A stretch of DNA of 63,896 nucleotides, counting the filler, from Candidatus Eiseniibacteriota bacterium (GTDB taxonomy: Bacteria; Orphanbacterota; Orphanbacteria; Orphanbacterales; Orphanbacteraceae), in NCBI GenBank assembly GCA_043809585.1. It is 5 parts of 5 records of this genome, joined end to end, with 100 filler letters (N's around TTAATTAATTAA, not from the genome) between each part and the next. Parts side by side here need not be neighbours in the genome. Positions count along the whole stretch, not along the records: positions 37,318 to 55,263 come from JBDROZ010000101.1; positions 55,364 to 63,896 come from JBDROZ010000120.1; 3 more parts are not named here. One strand, 5' to 3'. The notes beneath the pieces were generated by a model that had not been told where the DNA came from, did not search any database, and saw nothing but the letters and a program-made list of their open reading frames with translations. Each line of letters opens with the position of its first letter. Position 1 is the first letter of the stretch. A program made the translations under genes and the position numbers. Shown here one piece after another: positions 47,077 to 57,153 of this stretch.

Positions 47077-48558
47077 ATGCTCGATCGACGGGCCTTTCTC
47101 GGCCGTCTCGGACTGACCGCCGCCACGCTCGCCCTCCCCCGGGGCGTCTTCGCCCAACCCCCCTTTTCGGCCCTCGACTTCCTCCGGCCCCGGCCCCCGG
47201 TCCGGATCCGGGGAAAGGTGACCGGCGCCGGACGGGACCTCCGGGGCGTCCGCGTCTCCGATGGAATCGCCGTGACCCGCACCGACAATTCCGGCGAGTT
47301 CGACTTCGTCTCCGGCCCGGAGGGGCGTTTCGTCTTTCTCACCGTGCCGGCGGGGTTCGCCGTGCCCGTGGGCCCGGCGGGGACGGCGAGGCACTTCGTG
47401 CCGATCGCCGGCGGAGGAAAAGAAACGAAGGTCCGGTTCGACCTCGAACGATCGGAGGAAGACGGCGAGCACGGGTTCTTCCTCCTGGCCGATCCCCAGA
47501 CCCTCGACGGGGAGGACATGGGTCGTTTCCGGCGGGAGACGATCCCCGACATCCGGCGCACCCTCGCCCGGGAGAGCGTCCCCCACTTCGCCGTCTCCTG
47601 CGGCGACATCATGTTCGACGACCTCTCCCTCCTCCCCGAGTACGAGAAGGCGGTGGAGGGGGCCGGGATGCCCTTCTTCCAGGTCATCGGCAACCATGAC
47701 GTGGAGACGGCCGCGAGGAGCGACGACGTTTCGGCGCGGACCTTCGAGGGCCGATTCGGGCCGTCGTGGTACTCCTTCGAGCGGGGCGAGATCCACTACG
47801 TGGTCCTGGACGACGTCTTCTGGTACGGCGACTATTTCGGCTACGTCGACGAGAGACAGCTCCGGTGGCTCCGGGCCGACCTCGCCCACGTGGAGAAGGG
47901 GCGGACCGTGGTCGTCTTCACCCACATCCCCGTCTACTGCAAGTCTCACGAGCGGCGGGGGGAAGAGGAGCCCCACCCGAAGGCGTCGGTGGTGAACCGG
48001 GAGACGCTCTACGAGATCCTCCGGCCCTACCGGTCGTACATCATCACCGGCCACATGCACGAGAGCGAGTACCTCGAGGATGGGGGGACGGAGATCCACG
48101 TCTGCGGCGCCGTCTGCGGCTCGTGGTGGTCCGACGACATCTGCCGGGACGGCACGCCGAACGGCTACTCCCTCTACCGCGCCCGGGGGAGCGCCCTCAG
48201 CTGGCGCTACCACGCCACGGGGAAGAGCCCGGACCACCAGATGCGGCTCTACAAGCGCGGCTCGGACCCCGGAGCGCCGGAGGCGATCGTGGCAAACGTG
48301 TGGGCCGCCGACAAGGGATGGAAGGTGGCGTGGTCCGAAGACGGAGTCCGCCGGTTCCCCATGGAGCGGCGCCTCGGCCGCGATCCCCGCTCGGTCCTGC
48401 TCCACGGCGGGCCGAACCTCCCGGCGAAACACCCCTGGGTCGAGCCGGTGATGACGGACCATCTCTTCTACGCCGTCCCGTCGGCGGGCGCGACGGAAGT
48501 CGTCGTGGAGGCGACGGACCGATGGGGGAGGACGTACCGCGAAAAATTGCCCGTATAG
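47077..48558 (+). CDS. Tat-exported calcineurin-like metallophosphoesterase
   Basis: DRRAFL Tat motif; ADPQ, CGD, GNHD, GHMH. Confidence 0.9.
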   Translation: MLDRRAFLGRLGLTAATLALPRGVFAQPPFSALDFLRPRPPVRIRGKVTGAGRDLRGVRVSDGIAVTRTDNSGEFDFVSGPEGRFVFLTVPAGFAVPVGPAGTARHFVPIAGGGKETKVRFDLERSEEDGEHGFFLLADPQTLDGEDMGRFRRETIPDIRRTLARESVPHFAVSCGDIMFDDLSLLPEYEKAVEGAGMPFFQVIGNHDVETAARSDDVSARTFEGRFGPSWYSFERGEIHYVVLDDVFWYGDYFGYVDERQLRWLRADLAHVEKGRTVVVFTHIPVYCKSHERRGEEEPHPKASVVNRETLYEILRPYRSYIITGHMHESEYLEDGGTEIHVCGAVCGSWWSDDICRDGTPNGYSLYRARGSALSWRYHATGKSPDHQMRLYKRGSDPGAPEAIVANVWAADKGWKVAWSEDGVRRFPMERRLGRDPRSVLLHGGPNLPAKHPWVEPVMTDHLFYAVPSAGATEVVVEATDRWGRTYREKLPV

Positions 48559-48686
48559 CCCACCGCGTTCCCACTGCGGACGGCGGCTCGCGGCCTCGGA
48601 AGCCTCCTTTCCTTCCGCCTTCTCTGGTGCGTCTGCACCCATGCTGATGAAGTGATCGTGAATTCCGATCCATACGGAGGATGATC

Positions 48687-50771
48687 ATGGCGCCGAGCAC
48701 GAAACGAAAACGACCGATGACGTTCGCGGACCTGATGGCCGTGGAACGCATCTCTCAGGTCGCCGCCGCGCCGGGGGGCCTCTCGGCCCTCTACGTGACG
48801 AGCAGGCCGGACCCGAAGACGAACACGACGAAGAGCACCGTCCGCCGCCTCGATCTTTCGACCGGTGAGAGCGACGAGCTGACGCCGGGACCGGGGAACC
48901 ACCGGAACCCGGCCTGGTCGCCCGACGGGAAGTGGATCGCCTTCGTGAGCGACCGGGAGAAAGAGGAAGGGCCCCAAGTGTGGGTGATGCCCGCGGGGGG
49001 GGGCGAGGCGAAGCGGATCACGTCGGGGTACGGCGGCGCGTCGGGACTCCTCTTTGCGCCCGACTCGCGGCGGATCGCCTTCACCCGGTCCGTGGTCGTC
49101 TCGGAGCACGTCAAGACCTTGAAAGGCGGGGCGCCGAAGAAGGCGCCGGAGCGATCGAAGGTGCACGGCCTCTCGAACGAGAAGTCTTCGGCCCGCATCG
49201 CCGACGCCCTTCTCTTCCGGCATTGGGACGAATGGCGGGACCGGAAGCGGAATCACATCTTTCTCGTCGACGCGGAGACGGGAGTGACGAACGACGTCAC
49301 CCCTCACGACTGCGACGCGCCCCCCGTCTCCCTCGGCTCGGAGCGGGACTACGACTTCCACCCGAAGGGGAACGAGATCGCCTTCGTCATGAACCCGGAC
49401 GAGGTGGTGGCGCGGTCGACGAACAATTGCGTCTTCGTGCAGCGGCTTCGGGGCGTGAAGATGAGCGGCGTGGCGGAGTGCGTCTCCGTGACGGAGGCGT
49501 GCGACTGTCATCCCCGGTACTCGGCGGAGGGGCGGCGGATCTTCTACCTGGGCATGGAGAGACCGGGCTACGAGGCGGACAAGAACAGGATCAAGGCGTA
49601 TGACCGGAAGACGGGCGGGACCGAGGTCTATCTCGAGCGCTTCGACCGGAGCCCCAATGCCCTCGCCCCCCACGGCGAGAGGGAGGTGCTCTTCCTCGCC
49701 GAGGACCGGGGGCGACAGTCGATCTACTCGCTCGACACGGGGACGGGGCGGGTGAAGCAGGAGACGTCCGGCGCGCACTACGGTCTATTCCGGACGATCC
49801 CGGGGTCGGCGGACCTCCTGGTGACGCGGGAGAGCACGACCGAACCGGCGGATCTCTATCTACTCGCCCGGGGGGAGGGGATGAAGCCCCACATCAAGAG
49901 CGGCCCGTGGCCGAAGGGGATCCCGCCGACGGACGGGACGAAGACGAGGCGGCTCACCCGTCACGGCGACGCGGTTTCCCATGTGGAGTGGAACGACGCG
50001 GAGGAGTTCTGGTACGACGGCGCCGGCGGCGTGCCGGTCCACGGGTTTCTCGTGCGCCCCCCCCGGTTTCGGAAGGGCGTGAAGTACCCGATGATCCTTC
50101 TCATCCACGGCGGGCCCCAAGGGGCGTTCTCGGACCACTTCCACTACCGTTGGAACGCGCAGATGTTCGCCGCCGGAGGGGCGGTGGTGGCGTTCCTGAA
50201 TCCCCGCGGATCGACGGGCTACGGGCGGAGGTTCACGGACCGGATCAGCGGTGACTGGGGCGGGAAGTGCTACGAGGACATCATGAAGGGGGTGGACGCG
50301 ATTCTCCGGCGGTACAGGTTCGTGGACGGGAAGAGGATCGCGGCGGCGGGGGCGAGCTTCGGCGGTTTCATGGTGAACTGGATCGAGGGGCACACGAACC
50401 GGTTCAAGGCGCTCGTCTGTCACGACGGGATCTTCAACGCGGAGACGATGGGTTACACGACGGAGGAGCTCTGGTTCGATGAGCACGAGCACGGCGGGCT
50501 CCCCCACGAGAACCGAAAGGCGTTTGTCAGGTGGAGCCCCCACCGGTTCGTGGAGAACTTCAAGACGCCCATGCTGGTGATTCACGGCGACAATGACTTT
50601 CGCTGCCCGATCTCGGAGGGTCTCGGGATGTTCACGGCGCTGCAGGTGATGGGGGTGCCGTCGCGGTTCCTGCACTTCCCGGACGAGGGGCACTGGGTGA
50701 TGCAGCCGGCGAACGCGGAGGTATGGTACGGGGAGGTGATCGGGTGGATGATGAGGTACCTGAAGGGGTAG
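48687..50771 (+). CDS. S9 family peptidase (acylaminoacyl/dipeptidyl peptidase-like)
   Basis: PD40-like repeats WSPDGK; IHGGP, GASFGG, HGDND, PDEGH; alternative start 48681. Confidence 0.92.
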   Translation: MAPSTKRKRPMTFADLMAVERISQVAAAPGGLSALYVTSRPDPKTNTTKSTVRRLDLSTGESDELTPGPGNHRNPAWSPDGKWIAFVSDREKEEGPQVWVMPAGGGEAKRITSGYGGASGLLFAPDSRRIAFTRSVVVSEHVKTLKGGAPKKAPERSKVHGLSNEKSSARIADALLFRHWDEWRDRKRNHIFLVDAETGVTNDVTPHDCDAPPVSLGSERDYDFHPKGNEIAFVMNPDEVVARSTNNCVFVQRLRGVKMSGVAECVSVTEACDCHPRYSAEGRRIFYLGMERPGYEADKNRIKAYDRKTGGTEVYLERFDRSPNALAPHGEREVLFLAEDRGRQSIYSLDTGTGRVKQETSGAHYGLFRTIPGSADLLVTRESTTEPADLYLLARGEGMKPHIKSGPWPKGIPPTDGTKTRRLTRHGDAVSHVEWNDAEEFWYDGAGGVPVHGFLVRPPRFRKGVKYPMILLIHGGPQGAFSDHFHYRWNAQMFAAGGAVVAFLNPRGSTGYGRRFTDRISGDWGGKCYEDIMKGVDAILRRYRFVDGKRIAAAGASFGGFMVNWIEGHTNRFKALVCHDGIFNAETMGYTTEELWFDEHEHGGLPHENRKAFVRWSPHRFVENFKTPMLVIHGDNDFRCPISEGLGMFTALQVMGVPSRFLHFPDEGHWVMQPANAEVWYGEVIGWMMRYLKG

Positions 50772-50821
50772 GAGGCAATGGGCGGTAGGCGTCAGGAGGG
50801 TGAGTTGCTTTGATAGAGCTT

Positions 50822-50876
50822 GAGTACGGGTGGGGCCTGTCCGGGGCTGTCCGCTGCAGTGCTCGCCAGTCGCGCG
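50822..50876 (+). repeat. Family A fragment
   Basis: GGCTGTCCGCTGCAGTGCTCGCCAGTCGCGC identical to reverse complement of ~15903-15933. Confidence 0.8.
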
Positions 50877-51040
50877 AAGGTCGTGGGCGGGGATCCGGGA
50901 AATAGGATTCCGTTATTCTTCCCCCCGATCGCCCTGAGTAGGTTCTCGCGTAGCGAGAGCCGTATCGAAGGGTCGTCCTGAGTAGGATCCGCACAGAGTG
51001 AGGATCCGTATCGAAGGGCGAAGGGGAAGGTACGTTATGT

Positions 51041-51235
51041 ACTCGCACGGCCGGGTCCTGACCGGGGCGAAGGGTGGGGGATGGCGGCTCAGACATCACG
51101 TGCGCGCTCTTCATTCTTCTCGAAGCCGTTCCGTCCCCGCCGGCGCGCCCGCGAACTCGCCGCTTCATCCCCCACCCTTCACCCCGGCCACCCACCCGTG
51201 GTCACGAATGATCGGCAAGGACTGCCGAAGGGACG
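51041..51235 (+). repeat. Structured intergenic repeat, family A, copy 3
   Basis: Same motifs and stem geometry as 15293-15482 with different stem sequence. Confidence 0.85.
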
Positions 51236-51499
51236 GGAACAAGCAGGACCATAGGATTGTCATCCCCGCGGAGCCTGCCCCCGCGCAGGCGGGGGGGGCA
51301 ACCATCCCCCCAATCGGAGAGAAAGAAGAGGCGTCCGCCTTCCCGGGCGCCCGATTCCCGGCTCGTACTCGTGCCGCGCCCATCCCCCCCACTCCCTCAG
51401 CACTTCGGAGTTGAGCGGGGGACCGACCCTACCCGAGCCCCCGGCCGGCTCCGACATCGGTGGGGCGGGGGAGCGGGAGAGGGAGGGAGGCGGCTTAGA

Positions 51500-51681
51500 C
51501 TAGAACTCATTTCAAAACCCCTTTCGCCGCGAGGGTGAGCGAAGGGACGGACGGCGAGGATCGAGGGCGAGAATGCCCGGAGGCGGCCCTGGAGGGCCTT
51601 TGAGGACATTCTCGCCCGAGGACGAAACCGGTCGTCCCTGCAGCCGCCCGCAGCAGGAAGGGGTTTTGAAATGAGTTCTAG
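51500..51681. mobile_element. 182-bp MITE with perfect 24-bp terminal inverted repeat (CTAG included)
   Basis: CTAGAACTCATTTCAAAACCCCTT (51500-51523) / AAGGGGTTTTGAAATGAGTTCTAG (51658-51681). Confidence 0.9.
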
Positions 51682-51803
51682 GACGCTCGTCGTGCTGCGG
51701 GAGCAAGCCCTCCCTTTCTCCGGCCTCGTAGAAGATGCGTTGCGCACGCCGGAAACAACTCCCCGGTGATGCCCCTTCCCTCCCGAAACCGGCCCGCGCC
51801 CCG
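51682..51803 (-). repeat. Family B copy (inverted, split by the MITE)
   Basis: Reverse complement matches 35201-35322; weaker similarity continues left of the MITE. Confidence 0.78.
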
Positions 51804-51912
51804 CCGTCCTCCGGACAGGTGCCGCCCACGAGCACGACCATTCCAGGGTGCAGAAGAGGCGTCCGAGGATGATGGCACTTCGGAGTGAGTCGTGGACCGA
51901 CTCCCCCCGAAC

Positions 51913-52191
51913 CTACGGCCGCCGGTCCTTCTCCATCAGCTCCCGGATCTTCTTCTCCTCCCATCCGGGGCCGAAGAGTCCGAGGATGCCGAACACGGAG
52001 AGGCCGTGGGCGACGAGGCCGATTCCCCAGCCGAGCATGGGCCAGTAGAACCACCAGTGCCCGTCGCGGGAGAGGAGATCGATGAGAAAGAGAAGCGCGT
52101 TCACCAAGACGTAGGTGATCAGGTGGCTGTAGAACCCCTTGATCTCCTGAACCCGTTTCTTCGCCCGCTCGTACCTTTCCTGATCTTCCAT
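51913..52191 (-). CDS. 2TM domain protein
   Basis: YERAKKRVQEIKGFYSHL..YVLVN...WFYWPMLGWGIGL..H...WEEKKIRELM. Confidence 0.9.
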   Translation of the reverse strand: MEDQERYERAKKRVQEIKGFYSHLITYVLVNALLFLIDLLSRDGHWWFYWPMLGWGIGLVAHGLSVFGILGLFGPGWEEKKIRELMEKDRRP

Positions 52192-52217
52192 CTCCAAACC
52201 TCCCGATCTCTTCGCGT

Positions 52218-53954
52218 CTAGTCGATCTCCACCGGATCCATCAGCGCCGTCGGCCCGCTCAGGAGCCCCCGCCACGTGTCGACGAGTTCCTGCCGCACGA
52301 GGCGGTACGCGGCAATCCGGGCGACGGCGGCGAGGTCGAAGTCGCCCTCGAGTATGGAGTCGACGAGCCCCTTCTTCTCGGGGAGGTGGACGATGGTGAC
52401 CTCCTCGTCCTCAGGGACGCCGCCGAGCTCTTTCGCGAGAGCGATGGCCCGGTTGAGGTCGCCCACCTCGTCGATGAGCCCGTTCTCCGCCGCCTGGGTT
52501 CCGCTCCACACCCGGCCATGGGCGAGCTTCTCCGCCTCCTCGAAGGTCATGCCCCGGTGGTCGGCCACGTCCCGGAGCCAGTCGTTGAAGCCCTCCCAGT
52601 GGTTCTCCTCGAACCGCGCCCGCTCGTCGTCCGTGAAGTTCCGCTGGTCCGAATAGAGGAACGCCATCGGGCCCTTCTCGACGAAGTCGTGGGTGATCCC
52701 GATCTTGTCGTGAAAGCCCTTGATGTTGAACTTGCCGCTGATCGATCCGATCGAACCGGTGATCGAGTTCGGGTCGGCGAGGATGCGGGTCCCCCGGTAG
52801 GAGATGTGGTACCCCCCCGAGGCGGCCACGTCGACCATGGAGACCACCACCGGTTTCACGCCCGTCGTGACCTCCACTTCGTGGCCCATCAGGTCGCTCG
52901 CGAGCGCCTCGCCGCCGCCGCTGTCGACGCGGAAGACGATGGCCGCCACATCATCGTCCTCCCGGGCCTCCCGGAGGTCGGCCACGACCGTCTCGTGCCC
53001 CATGACGACGCCGAGCATCGGGTCCACCTTGCTCTTCCGGCCCGCGATCGTCCCCTGGGCGTGGATGACGACGATCTTCTTCTTTCCCTTCCGGCCGAGG
53101 TCCGCCGGGTCCACTTCGGCGTAGTCGGAGAGGGAGACCGTGCGGAGTTCGTCGTCCTCCTCCCCTTTCAACATCTCTTCGAGCCCGTCCCAGTAAAGCG
53201 CTCGGTCGACGAGCCCCGCCTCGACCGCTTCCTCGGTCGTGAAGAGGGCGTGCTCCATGAGCGCAGTCACTTCGGCTTCATCCAGCCCCCGGTCCTCGCT
53301 TAAGATCGCGAGGGTGGAAGCCCAGTACCCGTCGATCAGCCACCGGTAGTTCTCCTTGGCGGCCTCCGACAAATCCTCCCGGGTCACCATCTCGGCGGCG
53401 CTCTTGTAGTCCTTGATCTTGTGCAGATTCGGTTCCACGCCCAGCTTCTGGAGGGTCTTCTTCACGTGCGTCGACGTCAGGCCGATTCCCATGAAGTCGA
53501 TGTACGCCGTCCGGGGCATGAAGATCGAATCGCAGGCCGCCGCCAGGGTGAAGGTCTTCCGATTGATCGAATCGCCCCAGCCGTACACCGGCTTTCCCGT
53601 CTGCCGGAACCGCGTGACGGCGGCGCGGATCTCGTCGATCATCCCGCCGCCGAGGGTGTTGGCGGCGGAAAGTTTCAGGATCACGCCGTCGATGCGGTCG
53701 TCCTCCGCCGCCAGGTCGAAGGCCGTGAGCACCCGTTGGAGGGTGAGGGGGCTTCCGCCGAGCAGCTCGGCCATCACCCCGCCGGGAGGATCGTATTCGG
53801 TGATCTCCCCGTACATGTCGATCAAGAGATACGAGTGGTCGTCGATCTTGACCTCGTCCCCGGAGAGGGCGGCGGCGCCGGCGCCGAGCAGGACGAGGAG
53901 GAAAACGACAAAGGCGAGCAGAGAGGCGAGGAAGTTACGGATAAAGGCTTTCAA
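52218..53954 (-). CDS. sppA: Signal peptide peptidase SppA (protease IV, long form)
   Basis: Two S49 modules: YKSAAE, RVDSGGG, AASGGY, TGSIG, GRVWSG. Confidence 0.9.
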   Translation of the reverse strand: MKAFIRNFLASLLAFVVFLLVLLGAGAAALSGDEVKIDDHSYLLIDMYGEITEYDPPGGVMAELLGGSPLTLQRVLTAFDLAAEDDRIDGVILKLSAANTLGGGMIDEIRAAVTRFRQTGKPVYGWGDSINRKTFTLAAACDSIFMPRTAYIDFMGIGLTSTHVKKTLQKLGVEPNLHKIKDYKSAAEMVTREDLSEAAKENYRWLIDGYWASTLAILSEDRGLDEAEVTALMEHALFTTEEAVEAGLVDRALYWDGLEEMLKGEEDDELRTVSLSDYAEVDPADLGRKGKKKIVVIHAQGTIAGRKSKVDPMLGVVMGHETVVADLREAREDDDVAAIVFRVDSGGGEALASDLMGHEVEVTTGVKPVVVSMVDVAASGGYHISYRGTRILADPNSITGSIGSISGKFNIKGFHDKIGITHDFVEKGPMAFLYSDQRNFTDDERARFEENHWEGFNDWLRDVADHRGMTFEEAEKLAHGRVWSGTQAAENGLIDEVGDLNRAIALAKELGGVPEDEEVTIVHLPEKKGLVDSILEGDFDLAAVARIAAYRLVRQELVDTWRGLLSGPTALMDPVEID

Positions 53955-54191
53955 CGGGTCACCTCCGAAGGTGGGATTCTTGGTCCGTGCCGAGAAGCGA
54001 ACGGGCGGGGAGACCGGCCTCTCCCGCTTGCCCTCATACGGGGCGGATCTGCCCCGGGTTCCGCGGGTTCCCGCGAATCCTCATTATACCAGGGTGCGGA
54101 GGGCCCGTTCAAACCCGGCGGAAACGGAGGAAAAGAAGACGGCCGGGGCGGCGCGGCCCCGGCCGTGAGGGAATCGACGGCCGCTCACCGG

Positions 54192-54473
54192 TCAGGAAAC
54201 GGGGATCTCGCCGAGGAGGCGGATGCTCTGCACTTCGCGGGCGGAGAGAATCATCCGGCGATGGACCCCTTCGTAACCGACCCGGGCCGCCTTCCGGATG
54301 TACTCTTCCTTGCCGAGCCCCGCTGTTCCTTCATCGTGGGTCTCCACATCGACCAGAACGATCCACTCGTCGTCGAGATCGTCGCACCGGCCGATGTAAA
54401 CCTTCGGTCCCGTCGTGTCGACGACGAGGGTCATGCCGTGAAACCGGTGCTTGCCTTGATGAAACGTGCCCAC
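54192..54473 (-). CDS. Small hypothetical protein, possible Sm/LSm-like fold
   Basis: GTG start 8 nt after the brx stop; LVVDTTGPKVYIGRCDDLDDEWIVLVDV...RMILSAREVQSI. Confidence 0.6.
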   Translation of the reverse strand: MGTFHQGKHRFHGMTLVVDTTGPKVYIGRCDDLDDEWIVLVDVETHDEGTAGLGKEEYIRKAARVGYEGVHRRMILSAREVQSIRLLGEIPVS

Positions 54474-54481
54474 GGCGAAGC

Positions 54482-54916
54482 CTAGGTCCGTTCCGGAACG
54501 CCGCAGAACCGGTCGAACGCGGCGATCAGGTCGGCGGCGACGTCGGCCGCCTCCCGCCCTTCGATCCGGTGGCGGGGAACGAAGTGAACGAGTTCGCCGT
54601 CCTTGAACATCGCCAGGCATGGGCTCGACGGGGGCATCTCTCCGAAATAGCTCCGGGCCCGGGCGACGGCGTCCGCGTCCTGGCCGGCGAACACCGTGGC
54701 GACCCGGTCGGGGGTGTTCGAATGTTCGAGGGCCCGCCGGACGCCCGGCCGGGCCATCCCGGCGGCGCAGCCGCAGACGGAGTTGATCACGAGCAGGGCC
54801 GTGCCCTCTTTCGCCGCCGTGAAGCGGTCCACGTCGTCCGCCGTGAGCAGTTCCCGAACTCCGATGTCGGTCAACTCCCGGCGCATGGGCTCTACGAGTT
54901 CTGGATCGTAACGCAT
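54482..54916 (-). CDS. BrxA/BrxB family bacilliredoxin
   Basis: VEPMRREL, INSVCGCAAGMARP, TVFAGQD, PPSSP, RHRIEG. Confidence 0.93.
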   Translation of the reverse strand: MRYDPELVEPMRRELTDIGVRELLTADDVDRFTAAKEGTALLVINSVCGCAAGMARPGVRRALEHSNTPDRVATVFAGQDADAVARARSYFGEMPPSSPCLAMFKDGELVHFVPRHRIEGREAADVAADLIAAFDRFCGVPERT

Positions 54917-55123
54917 TCTGATTTCGGCCTCCGTGCATCGGCCGCGGGGTGGCCGCGACCATGGGGCGATCGGGGGGGGGATTCCCAGAATATAGTGAGA
55001 CGGGTCCATGCGCGCAACGCCCCCTTTCCCATTCACTTGGCCCGCCCCTTCCGGCGGTTGACGGGGAATCGCCGCCGTCCTATGTTTCGAGGGTACCCGG
55101 CGCGCGGAGCCCTTGTCCCGGCC

Positions 55124-55263
55124 CTAGCCTGGATTATGCATGAATCTCCGTCACGAGGGCTCGGATCGCCTGACGAGAAGCCGACTTGGACGAGCCGCCA
55201 CCGGAGGCGTAGTCATGCACTACGTCGAGGAGGCGGCGACGGAAAGGAGGCTTCGCAGGCGGC
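55124..55263 (-). mobile_element. MITE (35700 family), compact variant, truncated by contig end
   Basis: CTAGCCTGGATTATGCATGAATCTCCGTC matches reverse complement of the 36029 end. Confidence 0.85.
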
Positions 55264-55363
55264 NNNNNNNNNNNNNNNNNNNNNNNNNNNNNNNNNNNNN
55301 NNNNNNNTTAATTAATTAANNNNNNNNNNNNNNNNNNNNNNNNNNNNNNNNNNNNNNNNNNNN
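55264..55363. other. Contig linker
   Basis: N-run with TTAATTAATTAA. Confidence 0.99.
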
Positions 55364-56227
55364 CATCTCGCCGATCTCCCCGAAAATCTTGCGGAGCGCC
55401 TCCGTGTCGGTCGCCCGGTAGTAACGGCCCCCCGTCTCCTCCGCGATCCGCCGGAGCGTCTCCTCGTCGATCTCCGTCTTCCGCCTGACGAGGCGCCGGC
55501 CGAAGATCGGGTCGTCCACGGGAAAGAGGGCATCGCCCCGCTTGCCGATGCCGACGGTGTAGAAGCGGACGCCCATGGTGCTCGCCACGTTCGCCGCCGT
55601 CGCCGGATCGATCCGCCCCGTGTTGCTCATGCCGTCGGTGAGGAGGATCGCCACCTTGCTCCTCGCGTCGCTCTCCTTCAGCCGGTTCACGCAGTTCACG
55701 ATCGCCATCCCGATGGCGGTCCCGTCCTCGACCATCCCGATGTGGATGTCGTCGAGGAGGCCGAGGAGCACTTCGTAGTCGAGCGTGAGCGGGCACTGGA
55801 CGAAGCTGACCGCGGCGAAGACGACGATGCCGATCCGGTCCGACTCGCGGCCCCGGATGAAGTCGGCGGCCACCGCCTTCGCCGCGGCGAGCCGGTTGTT
55901 CGGTTGCAGGTCCACCGCCTGCATGCTGCTCGATGCGTCGAGGGCGACGAGGATGTCGACCCCCTCCGTATTCACCGTGACCCCTCTCGCCCCCGACTGG
56001 GGGCGGGCGAGGGCGAGGAGGAGGAGAAGGACCGCGGAGAACCGGAGGAGCGCCGCCCCGTGCCGCGCCCCCCACGGGGACCGGGGGCGGGCCGAACGGA
56101 GAAGGCCGAGATCGGAGAACAGGAGCCGGGGCGCCCCCCGGAGACGGCGCCGATACGCCGCAATCATCAGAGAGAAGACCGGCAAGGCGAAGAGGAGCAC
56201 CCAGGGATGGGCGAAGCGGAGAATCAC
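55364..56227 (-). CDS. BatA-like VWA domain protein (3' truncated)
   Basis: FAHPWVL, LALARPQ, DASSSM, DRIGIVVF, PLTLDY, GTAIG, LLTDG. Confidence 0.9.
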
Positions 56228-57153
56228 GATTCCTCCCCTCCTTCCTTCCCCCCCCGCTCCCGGGTGAGATCGACGAACCGGCGCGCTTCCCCCGCGGCGG
56301 CGGCGGCCTCCCGGTCCCCCGGAATGGTGCCGCGGTACTTCGCGAGATCGCAGAGGACGAACAGCTCCCGGAGGAGTCCCGTGGTCTCCGTGTCCATGTT
56401 CTCCCCCCGCAGAATACGGAGGGTCTCCCGGCTCGTCCGTTCCGGCGCGGGCACATGGTAGCGGCGGTCGATGTAATCCCGCGCGATGCCGGAGAGTCGG
56501 AACCAGTAGGGGCGACCGGCGCCGCTTCCGGAGCGCCGCTCCTCTTCGAGGGCGTCCAATGCTCGGTACGCGGCGACATGGGCGGGCCGGAGATCGACGG
56601 CGCCGAGCGACGGATCGGGGAGGATCTCCCGGCGCCGCCACAGGAGCCAGGCGAAGAGGGCCGCGGCGAGGAGAAGAGCGGCGGCGGCCGGCGCCGCGAG
56701 GGTCCGGAACCACTCCCGGCCGAGGGAGAGAGGGGGCTTCACGTCCCGGAGGTCCCCCTCCGGATCGACGCCGACGGAGATCACCGTCACCGGGATCGCC
56801 CCGCTCCCCGCCCCGCCGCCGGGCGGCGTGATGGCGGGGATCTCGAAACTCCCCGTCTCGAAGGCGGTGATCCGGAACCGGGCGATGGCGGTGCGGACTC
56901 CCTCCCTCGTCTCCGTCGCCACCGGAAGGCTCTCGAGGATCTCGAAGGGGCCCACCTTCCCTTCCGGAAAGACCGGGAAGTCCGGAGGATCGTCGGCCCT
57001 CCCCGCGGCCCCGACGGTAAGAAGGATCGGATCACCCACGGTGATCGTGTCCCGGTCGATCTCGGCGGTGAGGATCGTCTCCCCCCGGACCTCCGCCGAG
57101 GAGAGGGTGGTCGCGACGAGGAGCGCGAGAAGGATCCCGGGGGTCCGTCTCAC
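56224..57153 (-). CDS. BatD-like membrane protein of the MoxR locus
   Basis: Signal peptide, IDRDTITVGDPI, TM, AYRALDAL, LSGIARDYIDRRY..APERTS, DLAKY. Confidence 0.7.
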   Translation of the reverse strand: MRRTPGILLALLVATTLSSAEVRGETILTAEIDRDTITVGDPILLTVGAAGRADDPPDFPVFPEGKVGPFEILESLPVATETREGVRTAIARFRITAFETGSFEIPAITPPGGGAGSGAIPVTVISVGVDPEGDLRDVKPPLSLGREWFRTLAAPAAAALLLAAALFAWLLWRRREILPDPSLGAVDLRPAHVAAYRALDALEEERRSGSGAGRPYWFRLSGIARDYIDRRYHVPAPERTSRETLRILRGENMDTETTGLLRELFVLCDLAKYRGTIPGDREAAAAAGEARRFVDLTRERGGKEGGEES

